Part shown: positions 10,465 to 20,600 of the stretch, in pieces
How the letters are laid out: every line of letters begins with the position of its first letter
Numbering within the stretch: position 1 is the stretch's first letter
Notes under the pieces: generated by a model
Seen by the model: only the letters and a program-made list of their open reading frames with translations
What the model was told of the DNA's origin: nothing
Database searches by the model: none
Position numbers and translations under genes: made by a program
Assembly (NCBI GenBank): GCA_044440125.1
Contig: JBITAJ010000021.1
Coordinates: 247,948 to 311,947, forward strand
From: Sedimentisphaeraceae bacterium JB056
GTDB lineage: Bacteria > Planctomycetota > Phycisphaerae > Sedimentisphaerales > Sedimentisphaeraceae
Direction of reading: 5' to 3'
DNA length: 64,000 nt

Positions 10465-11484
10465 TTAAGCGCTTGTCCTGAGAGCAAGTTCTGCACTGTC
10501 AACCAGACATTCTAAATTGCCTTTGTTACCATTTTTTATCAATTCAATGGCAACTTCGGCTGCCTTTTCGCCCAATTCTTCAAGAGGTTCTATAATTGTT
10601 GTAAGCCCTATAAACTCCGACATTGGCAAGTCACCAACACCTATTACTGCAACATCATCGGGCACACGCAAACCCATCTTCTTAAGTGATTTCATAATTC
10701 TTATGGCAATCGAATCATTAAGAGCGAAAATAGCATCAGGAGATTTTCTACGATCAGCAAACAATTTATCGATAACAACATCAGTTGTTATGATATTATC
10801 ACTCATCCAGACACATAATTCGTCACAATACTCCAGTCCTGCAAGCTTCAGGGATGCTTCAAAAGCACGAAATCGTCTCATATCAGAGACAAATCCATGA
10901 CGACACCCCATAAAACTGACTCTTTTTCTACCAGTAGAAGCAAAATGCTTTATAGCCTTCTCTATCCCATTGGAGCCATCCCATAATACTGAATTCAACT
11001 CATCTACTCCAACTAATGACTCAGGCAAATCACTTACAAAGACAAGTGGAACCGCCTCCCTCAATTTCTCAACACCCTCAATAACTATACTATGAGAGTG
11101 ACATATTACCGCCTCATCTCTTCTCTGAAGAATAGTATTTATCTCACGAATGAACGTTTCAGGATCACGCCGGTCAACCGCTATAAAAATACCATAACCT
11201 TCAGTATTCGTAATAGATTCAACCCCCTTTAACACTGTATCTGCCCAACTAAGCTCCAAATCAGAGAAAAGAACACTGATACAATTACTTTTCAATGCAC
11301 GCAGATTCCTTGCACTGAGATTGGGTACATAACCAAGCCTCTTGGCTGCATCAAGGATCTTTTTCTCTGTTGATTTCGCTATTCTGAACTTTTTTGCATC
11401 ACCGCGGAGTACACAAGAGACAGTACTCGCTGAAATCATCAGATCATCGGCAATATTAGTGATCGTCACCGTATTCTTAGACAT
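10465..11484 (-). CDS. LacI-family transcriptional regulator
   Basis: N-terminal TITNIADDLMISASTVSCVL HTH, LGYVPN hinge, NDSIAI...GLRVPDDVAVIG. Confidence 0.92.
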   Translation of the reverse strand: MSKNTVTITNIADDLMISASTVSCVLRGDAKKFRIAKSTEKKILDAAKRLGYVPNLSARNLRALKSNCISVLFSDLELSWADTVLKGVESITNTEGYGIFIAVDRRDPETFIREINTILQRRDEAVICHSHSIVIEGVEKLREAVPLVFVSDLPESLVGVDELNSVLWDGSNGIEKAIKHFASTGRKRVSFMGCRHGFVSDMRRFRAFEASLKLAGLEYCDELCVWMSDNIITTDVVIDKLFADRRKSPDAIFALNDSIAIRIMKSLKKMGLRVPDDVAVIGVGDLPMSEFIGLTTIIEPLEELGEKAAEVAIELIKNGNKGNLECLVDSAELALRTSA

Positions 11485-11522
11485 GTTAATCCTTATGTCT
11501 CAATAAAAACCCAAAAAGACTT

Positions 11523-11538
11523 GCTATTACGTTATAGC
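11523..11538. promoter_or_regulatory. Candidate LacI-type operator (autoregulation)
   Basis: Imperfect 16-bp palindrome GCTATTACGTTATAGC with central CG, about 40 bp upstream of the lacI-family start. Confidence 0.45.
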
Positions 11539-11807
11539 TATTAGACTATATTATAGAAATTTTGTCAAATAAAAAATCTTCATCATAAAGAATCATTGAA
11601 CCGACATGGTGGCATTATAAACATAAAGACTTACAAACAAAAGCTTTACTTAAACGAAAATATCACACAACATGTTCGTACCATTTTGCCATAGCCACTT
11701 TCTGATGAAACTATATTAGGACTTTACATAATATTATGAACTATTTTGCTGCTTCATTAGATTCTGTTGCAAAAGTGTTGCAAGGGTATTTTTAACGAAA
11801 TTCAAAC

Positions 11808-11901
11808 AAAAGAAAAAGCCTTGTAAGCTATTAACCTACAAGGTTTTAACGGAGCGAGGCAGAAGGGACTCGAACCCTCAACCTTCGGATCAACAGTCCG
11901 A
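11808..11901 (-). repeat. att-like direct repeat: 3' part of tRNA-Asp plus downstream hairpin, matching 42537-42630
   Basis: 94 bp with 3 mismatches to 42537-42630; identity stops at the 5' arm of the anticodon stem, so the D-arm and 5' acceptor strand are missing. Confidence 0.92.
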
Positions 11902-12003
11902 CTCTCTGGCTCCGTAAGCTGTTATTTCACAATGCCTTAAAACGTATTTTCAAGCAACAAATAAGGATTACAAGTAAATAACAAGTAGAGACAAACAAAA
12001 CTG

Positions 12004-12047
12004 ACAAGTCAGTATCCACTGCAAATTGACGAACTTTTTGACGAACT
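12004..12047 (+). repeat. 44-bp direct repeat, copy 1 (copy 2 at 30130-30173)
   Basis: ACAAGTCAGTATCCACTGCAAATTGACGAACTTTTTGACGAACT, one mismatch to copy 2. Confidence 0.92.
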
Positions 12048-12395
12048 CTTAAGATAAATTATACAGACGCAATAATCTGTTTTGAGTCAGACCACCGCCT
12101 TGCCGCTTGAAAAACTTACTATTCAAGCTGAACCTACAGTACCATTGCGCCAAGACTTATGTGTTCGGTGTTAAACCAAGTCAAAGATCATATTGTCTTC
12201 TGCAACACATAACGTAATTACTATGCATTTACTACAAAACGCAGCTCAAATCAAAGTAATTAATCCATCAAAAAACAAAGACCTGGTAACTGATGAGTTT
12301 TTGCACCCCACGACCAATTGTTTTTATATATCAAGCAGGATCGCCAGAGTATTGCCATCAGTTAACGGCATGTCATCTAATTGCTAAGTTTGCAT

Positions 12396-13760
12396 CTACG
12401 ACACATTGCTTAAATGAAGTTTTTTTAGCATATCTACAAAGGATAACCCTGTATGATAGCCAGGATCCAAATCCGGTGTTGCGGGAATCGACATCTTTGG
12501 TTCGCCATATTTACTAAGAGTCTGGTATTGAAAACCATTCCCACTCAAAACATATCCACCCTTGAAGGATTCACTGCATAATTGAAGTATCTTCTCGCAT
12601 TGCTCTCTTTCAAATTCGCTACAAATATCCATACAGTAAGTCGCGGCACGCATAGTTTCCGGAAGAACCCACCACGGCATATCTGAATTAAACGGCATTT
12701 TATTAGTCAAATCATACAACTTACATACGCCTCCACTCGCCTGATTAAAACCCTGATAGAAATTGTACCTCAAGATTCCAAACATTTCCGCCTCAATCTT
12801 ACTTACTCTTGCCAGCGTTTCGGAATCCATATAGTATTTTGAACGTAAAATATCCAAAAATTTCAAGCTCAATCCAACAAACTCAATAGAATGCCCCGGG
12901 TCATTTAGAACCACCCCATCATGCAGAAAAGGAGCACCTTTTTCATCCACAAACTCAACAAAGTCATATTTATCAAGCAATGGCCATCTATTATCAAGAT
13001 TAATATGGTTATCCAATATATATTCAATTAGCCGTAAACCCATATCAATATAACACTCATCAGCTTCATTCTCTGCCAACAATGCTATCATACCAATACT
13101 TATCATATACTGACCGTGAGAATACCTGCCCTCAACATATTGTACAGGATTTCTATTATCCATAGTCTGTTGATCCGTTCTGAAACTCCTGTCCCAAACA
13201 GCCTTATAAACCGACTTACAATAATCAATCATCTGATTTATCAACTGATCCATACCAAGATATTTAGCTGCAGCATACATACCTTTGGCACAAAACAAAT
13301 CGCTGTAATTATACGGCGAATCTATCGCAAGATTCACTTTTTCCTCCTTAAGAGTTTCCGGCGATATATATTTAGCGATCCCATCAACATCAAGCGTAAA
13401 AAACAAATGACCATTGTTAGATTGCCGTGCATAAACAAGCGAATCTAAAAGCTTTTCAACAATCTCGTTTAACCTCTCTGACAATTCGAGATTTTCAACA
13501 CTTGGCATAATCTGGTTCATAAATTTAATATGTCCCACTATAGCTTCAAGCCCCCTGCCCTGTATCCAGCTGTAGACAGTATCTTTGCCACGCAATTTAT
13601 CCGTAAATGATTTGCCGGAAATCAAATCAAACTTGGTATCTATCCATGAATAACATGGATCTGATTCATACCTGTCTGCAATCTGTGACATTACACCAAG
13701 TATAATATCATGAAAATCATTAATATATGTCATCATTCTTAAAACAAATCTATTAATCAA
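12396..13760 (-). CDS. AGE-family (N-acylglucosamine 2-epimerase-like) sugar epimerase/isomerase
   Basis: WIQGR, DPGHSIEF, WWVLPE and C-terminal GYH motifs of AGE (alpha/alpha)6 barrels. Confidence 0.75.
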   Translation of the reverse strand: MINRFVLRMMTYINDFHDIILGVMSQIADRYESDPCYSWIDTKFDLISGKSFTDKLRGKDTVYSWIQGRGLEAIVGHIKFMNQIMPSVENLELSERLNEIVEKLLDSLVYARQSNNGHLFFTLDVDGIAKYISPETLKEEKVNLAIDSPYNYSDLFCAKGMYAAAKYLGMDQLINQMIDYCKSVYKAVWDRSFRTDQQTMDNRNPVQYVEGRYSHGQYMISIGMIALLAENEADECYIDMGLRLIEYILDNHINLDNRWPLLDKYDFVEFVDEKGAPFLHDGVVLNDPGHSIEFVGLSLKFLDILRSKYYMDSETLARVSKIEAEMFGILRYNFYQGFNQASGGVCKLYDLTNKMPFNSDMPWWVLPETMRAATYCMDICSEFEREQCEKILQLCSESFKGGYVLSGNGFQYQTLSKYGEPKMSIPATPDLDPGYHTGLSFVDMLKKLHLSNVS

Positions 13761-14857
13761 AATGAATAATACTCATCCTTAGCACCTGCTGCCCTCAGCA
13801 GCGCCATAAGAGAATAAGCTCCAGTCCTGATATTTGACTTATTCCCTTCACTTAGAAATACACCGTAAGATACTTCCTGCATTTCCAGTATTCTTTCAAC
13901 CGCCCTATTAATCACGGCATCGCCAATAAAGCTACACCCCATATCTTTGGCTTTTAGCATCTCTACAACCACCACTCCGGCAGCACTCGGAACAGAATAA
14001 TTATCCGGCCCAAATCCACCATCACATCTTTGAATTTCAGACATTCTCTTCAAAAAATATTTTGAAGCATCAAGATACTCAGTTTTTTTCGTAAGAGAAT
14101 AAGCAAAAAGATTAGCCAGCGTACCAAAATCATCATTATAGATGTGCATCTCTTCCCACCATCGTGTCGTCAAACCTCTGCCATCAAGTATTTCAAGTGT
14201 AATACGATCTAAAACAACACTAATTTGCCCATGCTCATCAAGATGATTTTTATTATAAAAATCAAGTATCTGACACATAACATCAAAATACTTTTTCTCT
14301 CCTGTAACCTTATACAATTTACCAAAGTAAAATGCCCCGCCGCTATGAAATGAGCCGCAAAACTCTGGACTCCATGGTTCATCATCAAATCGAACAGTCC
14401 AATACGGATATCCTTTTTCAATACCTATATCACAAAACCAGTCAGCATATAACTTTGACCGCGTAAAGGCTTCCTTATCATTAACAGTTATCGAAAAGTC
14501 AAGCAATGCCCATGCTGCCGTAAGTGCATCACGAGGATGAGCCCAATTTGTTTGCGGCGTAATTTCTCTAAATACACCTTTATTTATATCATCAAAAGGA
14601 CTGAAAACCTGTAAACTTTTCAGGTAGTTAACAGCCATCTCGGCAGAAGATAAATACCTGTCATCTTTGAGAAATTTGTAGGCAATAAGCATTACTTCTA
14701 TCATAACACCCGTTTCCCAATTGGTACTCATGCTTTCAATGCTTTTTTCTTTCACATCATAGAGCAATGGGAAACGCCCGTAATCAGCACTATTTTCGTT
14801 GACGACCTGATGTTTCAAGCAAAAGTCAAGACCACTTCTGATTGCTTCATATATCAT
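13757..14857 (-). CDS. Uncharacterised (alpha/alpha) toroid protein, six-hairpin glycosidase-like; paralogue of 16342-17571
   Basis: Repeated 'D.RYL..A...' helices, QRCDGGF, WWEEMHIYNDDF motif. Confidence 0.6.
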   Translation of the reverse strand: MIYEAIRSGLDFCLKHQVVNENSADYGRFPLLYDVKEKSIESMSTNWETGVMIEVMLIAYKFLKDDRYLSSAEMAVNYLKSLQVFSPFDDINKGVFREITPQTNWAHPRDALTAAWALLDFSITVNDKEAFTRSKLYADWFCDIGIEKGYPYWTVRFDDEPWSPEFCGSFHSGGAFYFGKLYKVTGEKKYFDVMCQILDFYNKNHLDEHGQISVVLDRITLEILDGRGLTTRWWEEMHIYNDDFGTLANLFAYSLTKKTEYLDASKYFLKRMSEIQRCDGGFGPDNYSVPSAAGVVVVEMLKAKDMGCSFIGDAVINRAVERILEMQEVSYGVFLSEGNKSNIRTGAYSLMALLRAAGAKDEYYSF

Positions 14858-14866
14858 AATTCCACC

Positions 14867-16291
14867 TTATCTTGGTGCAACATAGCTTTCATCACCACCA
14901 TACTGGACCCATCCTCTGTAAACGTATAGTCCTAAAACAGCAGCAGGAAAACAAAATACAGCCGGCCAAATAAGTGCCATTCTGTTACCCCATATATCAA
15001 TCGTAAAACCAATAAAGAAATTACCGGCAATAAGACCTAATGCATTCAACACCTGAATCCCTGAATTATACTGTGCATATTTATCCTTAGGGAAAAGAGT
15101 AACAGTTAATGCTACCAAGCTTATATAATACATTGATATGGGAACTGCCCATATAAAACTGAATACGTAAAGAGTAATCTTGTCATGGATAAAAATTGAT
15201 TGCAGTACATACAAAACAAAAACCATAAGTATACTAAGAGGATGAATTCTCACAGGGTTAAATTTATCACAAACCCAGCCCATAGGTATTGCAGTCAATG
15301 CCTGGAAAAGATATATCCATCCCCAGAACTTACCGATTTCATCAATAGTAAGCCCAAGAGTATCACGGTAAAAGAATATATTAAACGGCCCGCTGCATCC
15401 GCAAGCTATCATAAAGAACATGGCCATTAAATAGATATACAAATAGTACCTACACCCAAAACATTCATTAATATATTTTTTTATAGAATCTAAACGATTT
15501 GTCTTAGCAAGTTCCTTTTCAGGTTCAGAATATTGACCTTCTTTAACACCAAAGCAAAGCATCAAAAATGCAGCCAAATGCACAACACCTATCCAGAAAA
15601 GCAACTGTCTCATATGACCATCAGCGAATCCAAAGAAATACCTTGAAAACAAGAATGATGCTACAGTAGAGACTGCTCTTGTCATAGCCATGAACCGCCC
15701 CATCATTACTTTGGGAACAACGTCAGCAATGAGACATTTATATATAAAATTGAGAGTTGTGTTGAAGAGCTGAAAAACAACTATAAACAAGCATATCATT
15801 GCAAGCAGAAAAGAACCTTCACTGATCGGAATAAATCGCCCTAATGAAGATTCGTAGACAAAACGCCCTATATCATTTGAATACCCTATCATTACAAGGA
15901 AAATGGTGACAAAAGGTGCAGTCAACAAAAGATACGGTATTCTTCTGCCATACCTTCCTCGATGCCTATCGCTTTTAACAGAAACACTTGGTATCAAGCT
16001 TAGATATAATACTGACGGCACACTTGAAACCATAATACCAATTAAGGTATTTGACGCCTCAAGGTCTTTAAGAAGCAATGGAAATATACGCGGAATAACT
16101 GTCTCCAGCAGTATCCAGCAAAATTCTCCCCACAACAAAAATGAGAACAAGACAATAAGTCCAGTCATTGTATAACTGAGAGTTCCAACGTTATACGTTT
16201 TAATCTTATTAGAAACAAATTTGCTCTTTATCTCATCTTTGGGACAGGAATCGTCAAAATCTATTGTAAGGCCGGCTACACTATCTTGCAT
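14867..16291 (-). CDS. MFS transporter
   Basis: About 12 TM segments; SDRHRGRYGRRIPY; GWVCDKF. Confidence 0.88.
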   Translation of the reverse strand: MQDSVAGLTIDFDDSCPKDEIKSKFVSNKIKTYNVGTLSYTMTGLIVLFSFLLWGEFCWILLETVIPRIFPLLLKDLEASNTLIGIMVSSVPSVLYLSLIPSVSVKSDRHRGRYGRRIPYLLLTAPFVTIFLVMIGYSNDIGRFVYESSLGRFIPISEGSFLLAMICLFIVVFQLFNTTLNFIYKCLIADVVPKVMMGRFMAMTRAVSTVASFLFSRYFFGFADGHMRQLLFWIGVVHLAAFLMLCFGVKEGQYSEPEKELAKTNRLDSIKKYINECFGCRYYLYIYLMAMFFMIACGCSGPFNIFFYRDTLGLTIDEIGKFWGWIYLFQALTAIPMGWVCDKFNPVRIHPLSILMVFVLYVLQSIFIHDKITLYVFSFIWAVPISMYYISLVALTVTLFPKDKYAQYNSGIQVLNALGLIAGNFFIGFTIDIWGNRMALIWPAVFCFPAAVLGLYVYRGWVQYGGDESYVAPR

Positions 16292-16341
16292 CTAATCCTC
16301 ATTTTTTACAGTTATCTCGTGCACTGCACATAAACCTATGT

Positions 16342-17571
16342 CTATATATAATATTTTCCGTCTTTATCAAATACAGAAAGATAAGGACCAACAACACAAG
16401 ACTCATATTTAAGTAATGCAACCGGACAGTAATTACACATCCTTGCACAAATTGCATTTATCACTTCGTTGTTGCCGTAGACACCACCATACTGACGCAC
16501 ATTTCCCGAACTAAGTTCTTGTAAAGTCATAAGGTGTTTTAATGCCTTAGCACTGGCATCATGATACTTGTGCTCACCCGTTTCAAGAAACATATCCTGC
16601 CATAAGACCGTAGAAGTAGCAGAAGCAACCCATACGGCAGGCTCACCAATACTGCCGTCATAATTCTGTTCATCAAGCAGCCAATCAGCAAATCTCTGAG
16701 CAGGCTCAAAGTATCTGTCATCATCAAGAATTCTTGCAGCACACATTAAAGCTATATTAGAAAAATCATCATTATAAACATGCATACGCCACCATCTGCG
16801 TGCGAATTCATCACTGCCAAGATGTTTTTCAAATGCAGGTTCATCAAGAACCATTTTTGAGAGTCCATCCTCATTAATAAAATTATTCAGATAATAGTCG
16901 CCCATTGTCTTTATCACCTTAAGATACCTCGGGTCGCTATCGTATTTATAAAGATGATAGAAAAACAGTATATTCGCTATCTGAAAATAGTAACGTACAT
17001 CTAAAACACCGGGACGTTTATCATTATCGACAACCCATCCTTCATCCGCCAGAGCATATTTAATAAACCAGTCTGCTATTAACTTTGCTCTGTCAAGATA
17101 CTCCTGATCCTGAGTCTCTCTGAAAAGCAACACAAACGCATCACCAACAACAGTTGTACTTCGATAGCAGAAATGTTCAGCTTTCGGCCCCAACTGATGA
17201 ATACTAAACTCACCAACACAACCGTAAAGTTCTGTCTTACCTGAATATAAATACTGAAGAGACTTTAAGTATTCACCACATCTGATTGCTGCATCAAAAT
17301 ACCTGATATCATTTGTGCGATCATAAAGCATGAATAGAAAATTCACACTCATAGCAGTCATCATTCCGCCAGACATCAGTTCATTCTTGCCGTTAAAGAA
17401 TTTTTCTGTAGGATGATAATTAGCGACATACTCACCATAAGTCGGCTCAAAACGATCGTTAATCTGATTGGCAATACACCAATCGCCTATAAGCTTTGCC
17501 CGTTCAAGGCATAATGAGCTGAATTCATCTGTCTTATTCTCGATATCACAAATCTGAGTTGCTGCGTCCAT
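16342..17571 (-). CDS. Uncharacterised (alpha/alpha) toroid protein, six-hairpin glycosidase-like; paralogue of 13757-14857
   Basis: Repeated 'D.RY...A' helices, QNYDGS, WWRMHVYNDDF motif. Confidence 0.6.
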   Translation of the reverse strand: MDAATQICDIENKTDEFSSLCLERAKLIGDWCIANQINDRFEPTYGEYVANYHPTEKFFNGKNELMSGGMMTAMSVNFLFMLYDRTNDIRYFDAAIRCGEYLKSLQYLYSGKTELYGCVGEFSIHQLGPKAEHFCYRSTTVVGDAFVLLFRETQDQEYLDRAKLIADWFIKYALADEGWVVDNDKRPGVLDVRYYFQIANILFFYHLYKYDSDPRYLKVIKTMGDYYLNNFINEDGLSKMVLDEPAFEKHLGSDEFARRWWRMHVYNDDFSNIALMCAARILDDDRYFEPAQRFADWLLDEQNYDGSIGEPAVWVASATSTVLWQDMFLETGEHKYHDASAKALKHLMTLQELSSGNVRQYGGVYGNNEVINAICARMCNYCPVALLKYESCVVGPYLSVFDKDGKYYI

Positions 17572-17666
17572 TAAAGGAACCTTTCAAAATTATTTTTGGC
17601 AATATACATCCTGCGGATTATTACAATCAAGCCAACCATTTAACAAAATCAGCAGGTCATTAAAGT

Positions 17667-20600
17667 CTACATAGCAGTCTTTGTTGATATCTGCTTCGAA
17701 AAAAAAAGCGTTGAAGCCACATAACAACCATTATCATGATACCCCTGCACCAACGCCATTGACGGAGTGTTAATCGGGAAAACACTCATAACAGGAAAAC
17801 CGCTTTCTGAAAAAGCAAGATCGTTATAACGCTGAATATTCATATTGAGCAATGTATTATCAACACTTATAACAGAATCAAACTGCATGCTTGAATCCGC
17901 AAATGAGAAATACAAATCCCCCGCCTGACTGTCATTATAGCATACACACAGCTGACCTTCTTCAGTTACGGCACAGGAAACAGATGATGATATATAAGTT
18001 AAATCAACATAATATGAATTTATCGTTCCATCACTTTCTCTACAAAGCACCCTCTTATCACTCGATGTATCAATATAGGTAATAAAAATATCATCATCAT
18101 AAACTGCCATATCTAAGACTTTAGAATACTGGTCATCGTCAAGCGATCCTGACCCGTCAGTATTAGAGTTTTTAATATTTGATGCAAGAGTCTGAACAGT
18201 CCAGCTTGTATCATTTTTATAAGCAAACATAAGAGAATTATTCCAATCATTTCTGAAAGCAATATAAGGATTATCATCAGAATCAAGTACAATCACCGAA
18301 TCCTCATATCTGCCGCCCCCGCTGATTACTGTTTCAACTGACCAATTACCTGGAGAAATTCTTCTTGCATATTTCAAGCATGAACCATCTGCACTTGTTC
18401 CCCAACTTATATCAGGTCTCTCGTTACTGCCCAATGCTATTGAAGTTCCGTAAACAGTTCCCGTTGCAACAGTTTCTGTCCAGAACCCCATACTGCTCTT
18501 AAAAGATACCGCAACAGCTCCGCCGGAAAAAGTATTGGATGAAACCACCCAATGAATATTATCGTTACCGACAGCCGTAGATATCCATCTATAATTACCG
18601 GCATTACCTGTAACACTGTCTGTAATATCAAATAAGCCGTCATCACCAATCGCATATCTTAACTTTGCATCACTTATGGAACTGTAACCAAGATGCAAAT
18701 GACCGTCAACAGGTGAAAGGGATATTGAGTTGACACTGCCTTCTATTTTAGAAGGCACATCCTGAATTGTCTGAACGGCCCATTTCACTGGCACCAGATG
18801 GATTATCTCCGCTGTATAAGGGCGATAAGTCAGTGCAAACTCAATCACATCGTTATTATTCTTAACAAATACACTCTGACCAGTCATAACATTGACGACT
18901 TTATACATATCTGCATTATCAGCAGTATTATCAAGACGAACAGTTATTGATGTTTTCAAATCAGATGTACCTTTATTTAATACGTTAAGAAAATAAGTTG
19001 AGTTATCAGCCTCTTTGAAAAAACTGCACTGCAATGCAGTAGAAGAAGATATATTCTGATTAACCCCGTAGTGTTCCAGCAGTGATGTTGATATATCCCA
19101 AACCATTGAAGCTCTTGCACTGTCATTTTTATATTTTATTACAGGAAATCCCAAACATACAACTTTACCGCTCCCAACCGTTTTTTCGGCAGCAGCTATA
19201 TCTGTAGAATTCCATTTTGCTATGGCTGTAAGACCTGAACCACTAAGAACACACCCTTCATCAACATAGTAACCAGACGGAGCACCAGTAACATAGAAAC
19301 TCACACTGCCACTGACTGATGTACCATAAGTAATTCCAAACAGGTTTGTTATATTCTGATAGGAATCATCAGAATCAGTAAAGTAAGGCAATACCAATGT
19401 ACCTCCCGCCTCTACATAAGTCTTAAGCTTATTCCAATAAGCAGAGCTATGTCGTTTAGAATTAGCATCAAGAATAACACTGTAGCCATTCAATGAGATG
19501 TCTTCAAAATCTGTAGTAGAGTCATAACTAACATTATGATCGGTGAAAAGGTAACCCCAGTTATTTGTATTCAATAATTGTTCATCAACCTCATCTTTCT
19601 CAAATATACCGGATTCTAACGTATCCCATGATGGATATAACAGGCAAACATCATCCAGCATTTTTTCAGAACTTAAAGATTTATCAAAATACGGCTTGTA
19701 TTGTGCCCAGTTATAGAAAGGTTCGCCAACCTCCCAATAAACATAGCATGCCTGATTTCCCTGATAAGTCATCAAATTGTATACTGCCATCTGAAAAGCT
19801 TCACGCGGAGGCGGCAATATAGCCATCTCTGCCCCAATAGAAATATCCTTATGGTTGGCAATAGCACCAGGTACAATAAATTGATCTATCCATTCGGAAC
19901 CTGTTTTTAATACAGATCCACTGCAGTTATCTGCAACATCAATCAACCCGTCAATATAACTGCCTTGCATGTTTCCCCAAGTCAGCCAACCACCAGATTG
20001 TTTAATTTCTATCTTAGCCGAAGAATCCTGCTGCCTTATGACATTGGCCGCCTGCGAAAAGAAATCCAATGCGCCATCACGCCTGAACTTCATCCACAAC
20101 CCCCAAAGATACTCACCATATTCAGTCTTTGTCTCAGGCATTGGAACTTCAGCGTAAGTACCAAGACTCAACCCGGTATTACTGTTTATTTCAGCAATTG
20201 TAATACCGCTATTCTGAAGCCACTGAGCCCACTTGGTATCAGCAAACGTTGAATAATCATACATTCTTCCATTTTCCTGGTATATCTGTCCACCAAAATT
20301 ATAAACATGATCATTACCAGGCCCGGTTGGTACATATGCCAGTACATTTTGCTTTGTTGAACAATATGATGCTAGCGCATTCCAGAAACTCATTAACGAA
20401 TTTGTATAATTATCAGAGAATATAGAGCCGTCAGGTGTAACATATCCATCACGGGATACCATTTCATCCGTTATCCAGTCAGGAATTCCATAATTACCAT
20501 TATAGTTTTTAGTTGCCCAAGTAACAGAACCAATCGATACACCAAGCGACTCTAAAGTCGCATTATTAATTGTATTATTATAATCGCTGAAATCATAACT

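Noticed and set aside
11855..11901. Apparent tRNA with GTT (Asn) anticodon
   Set aside because: The D-arm and 5' acceptor strand are absent; it is the displaced, mutated 3' part of tRNA-Asp.
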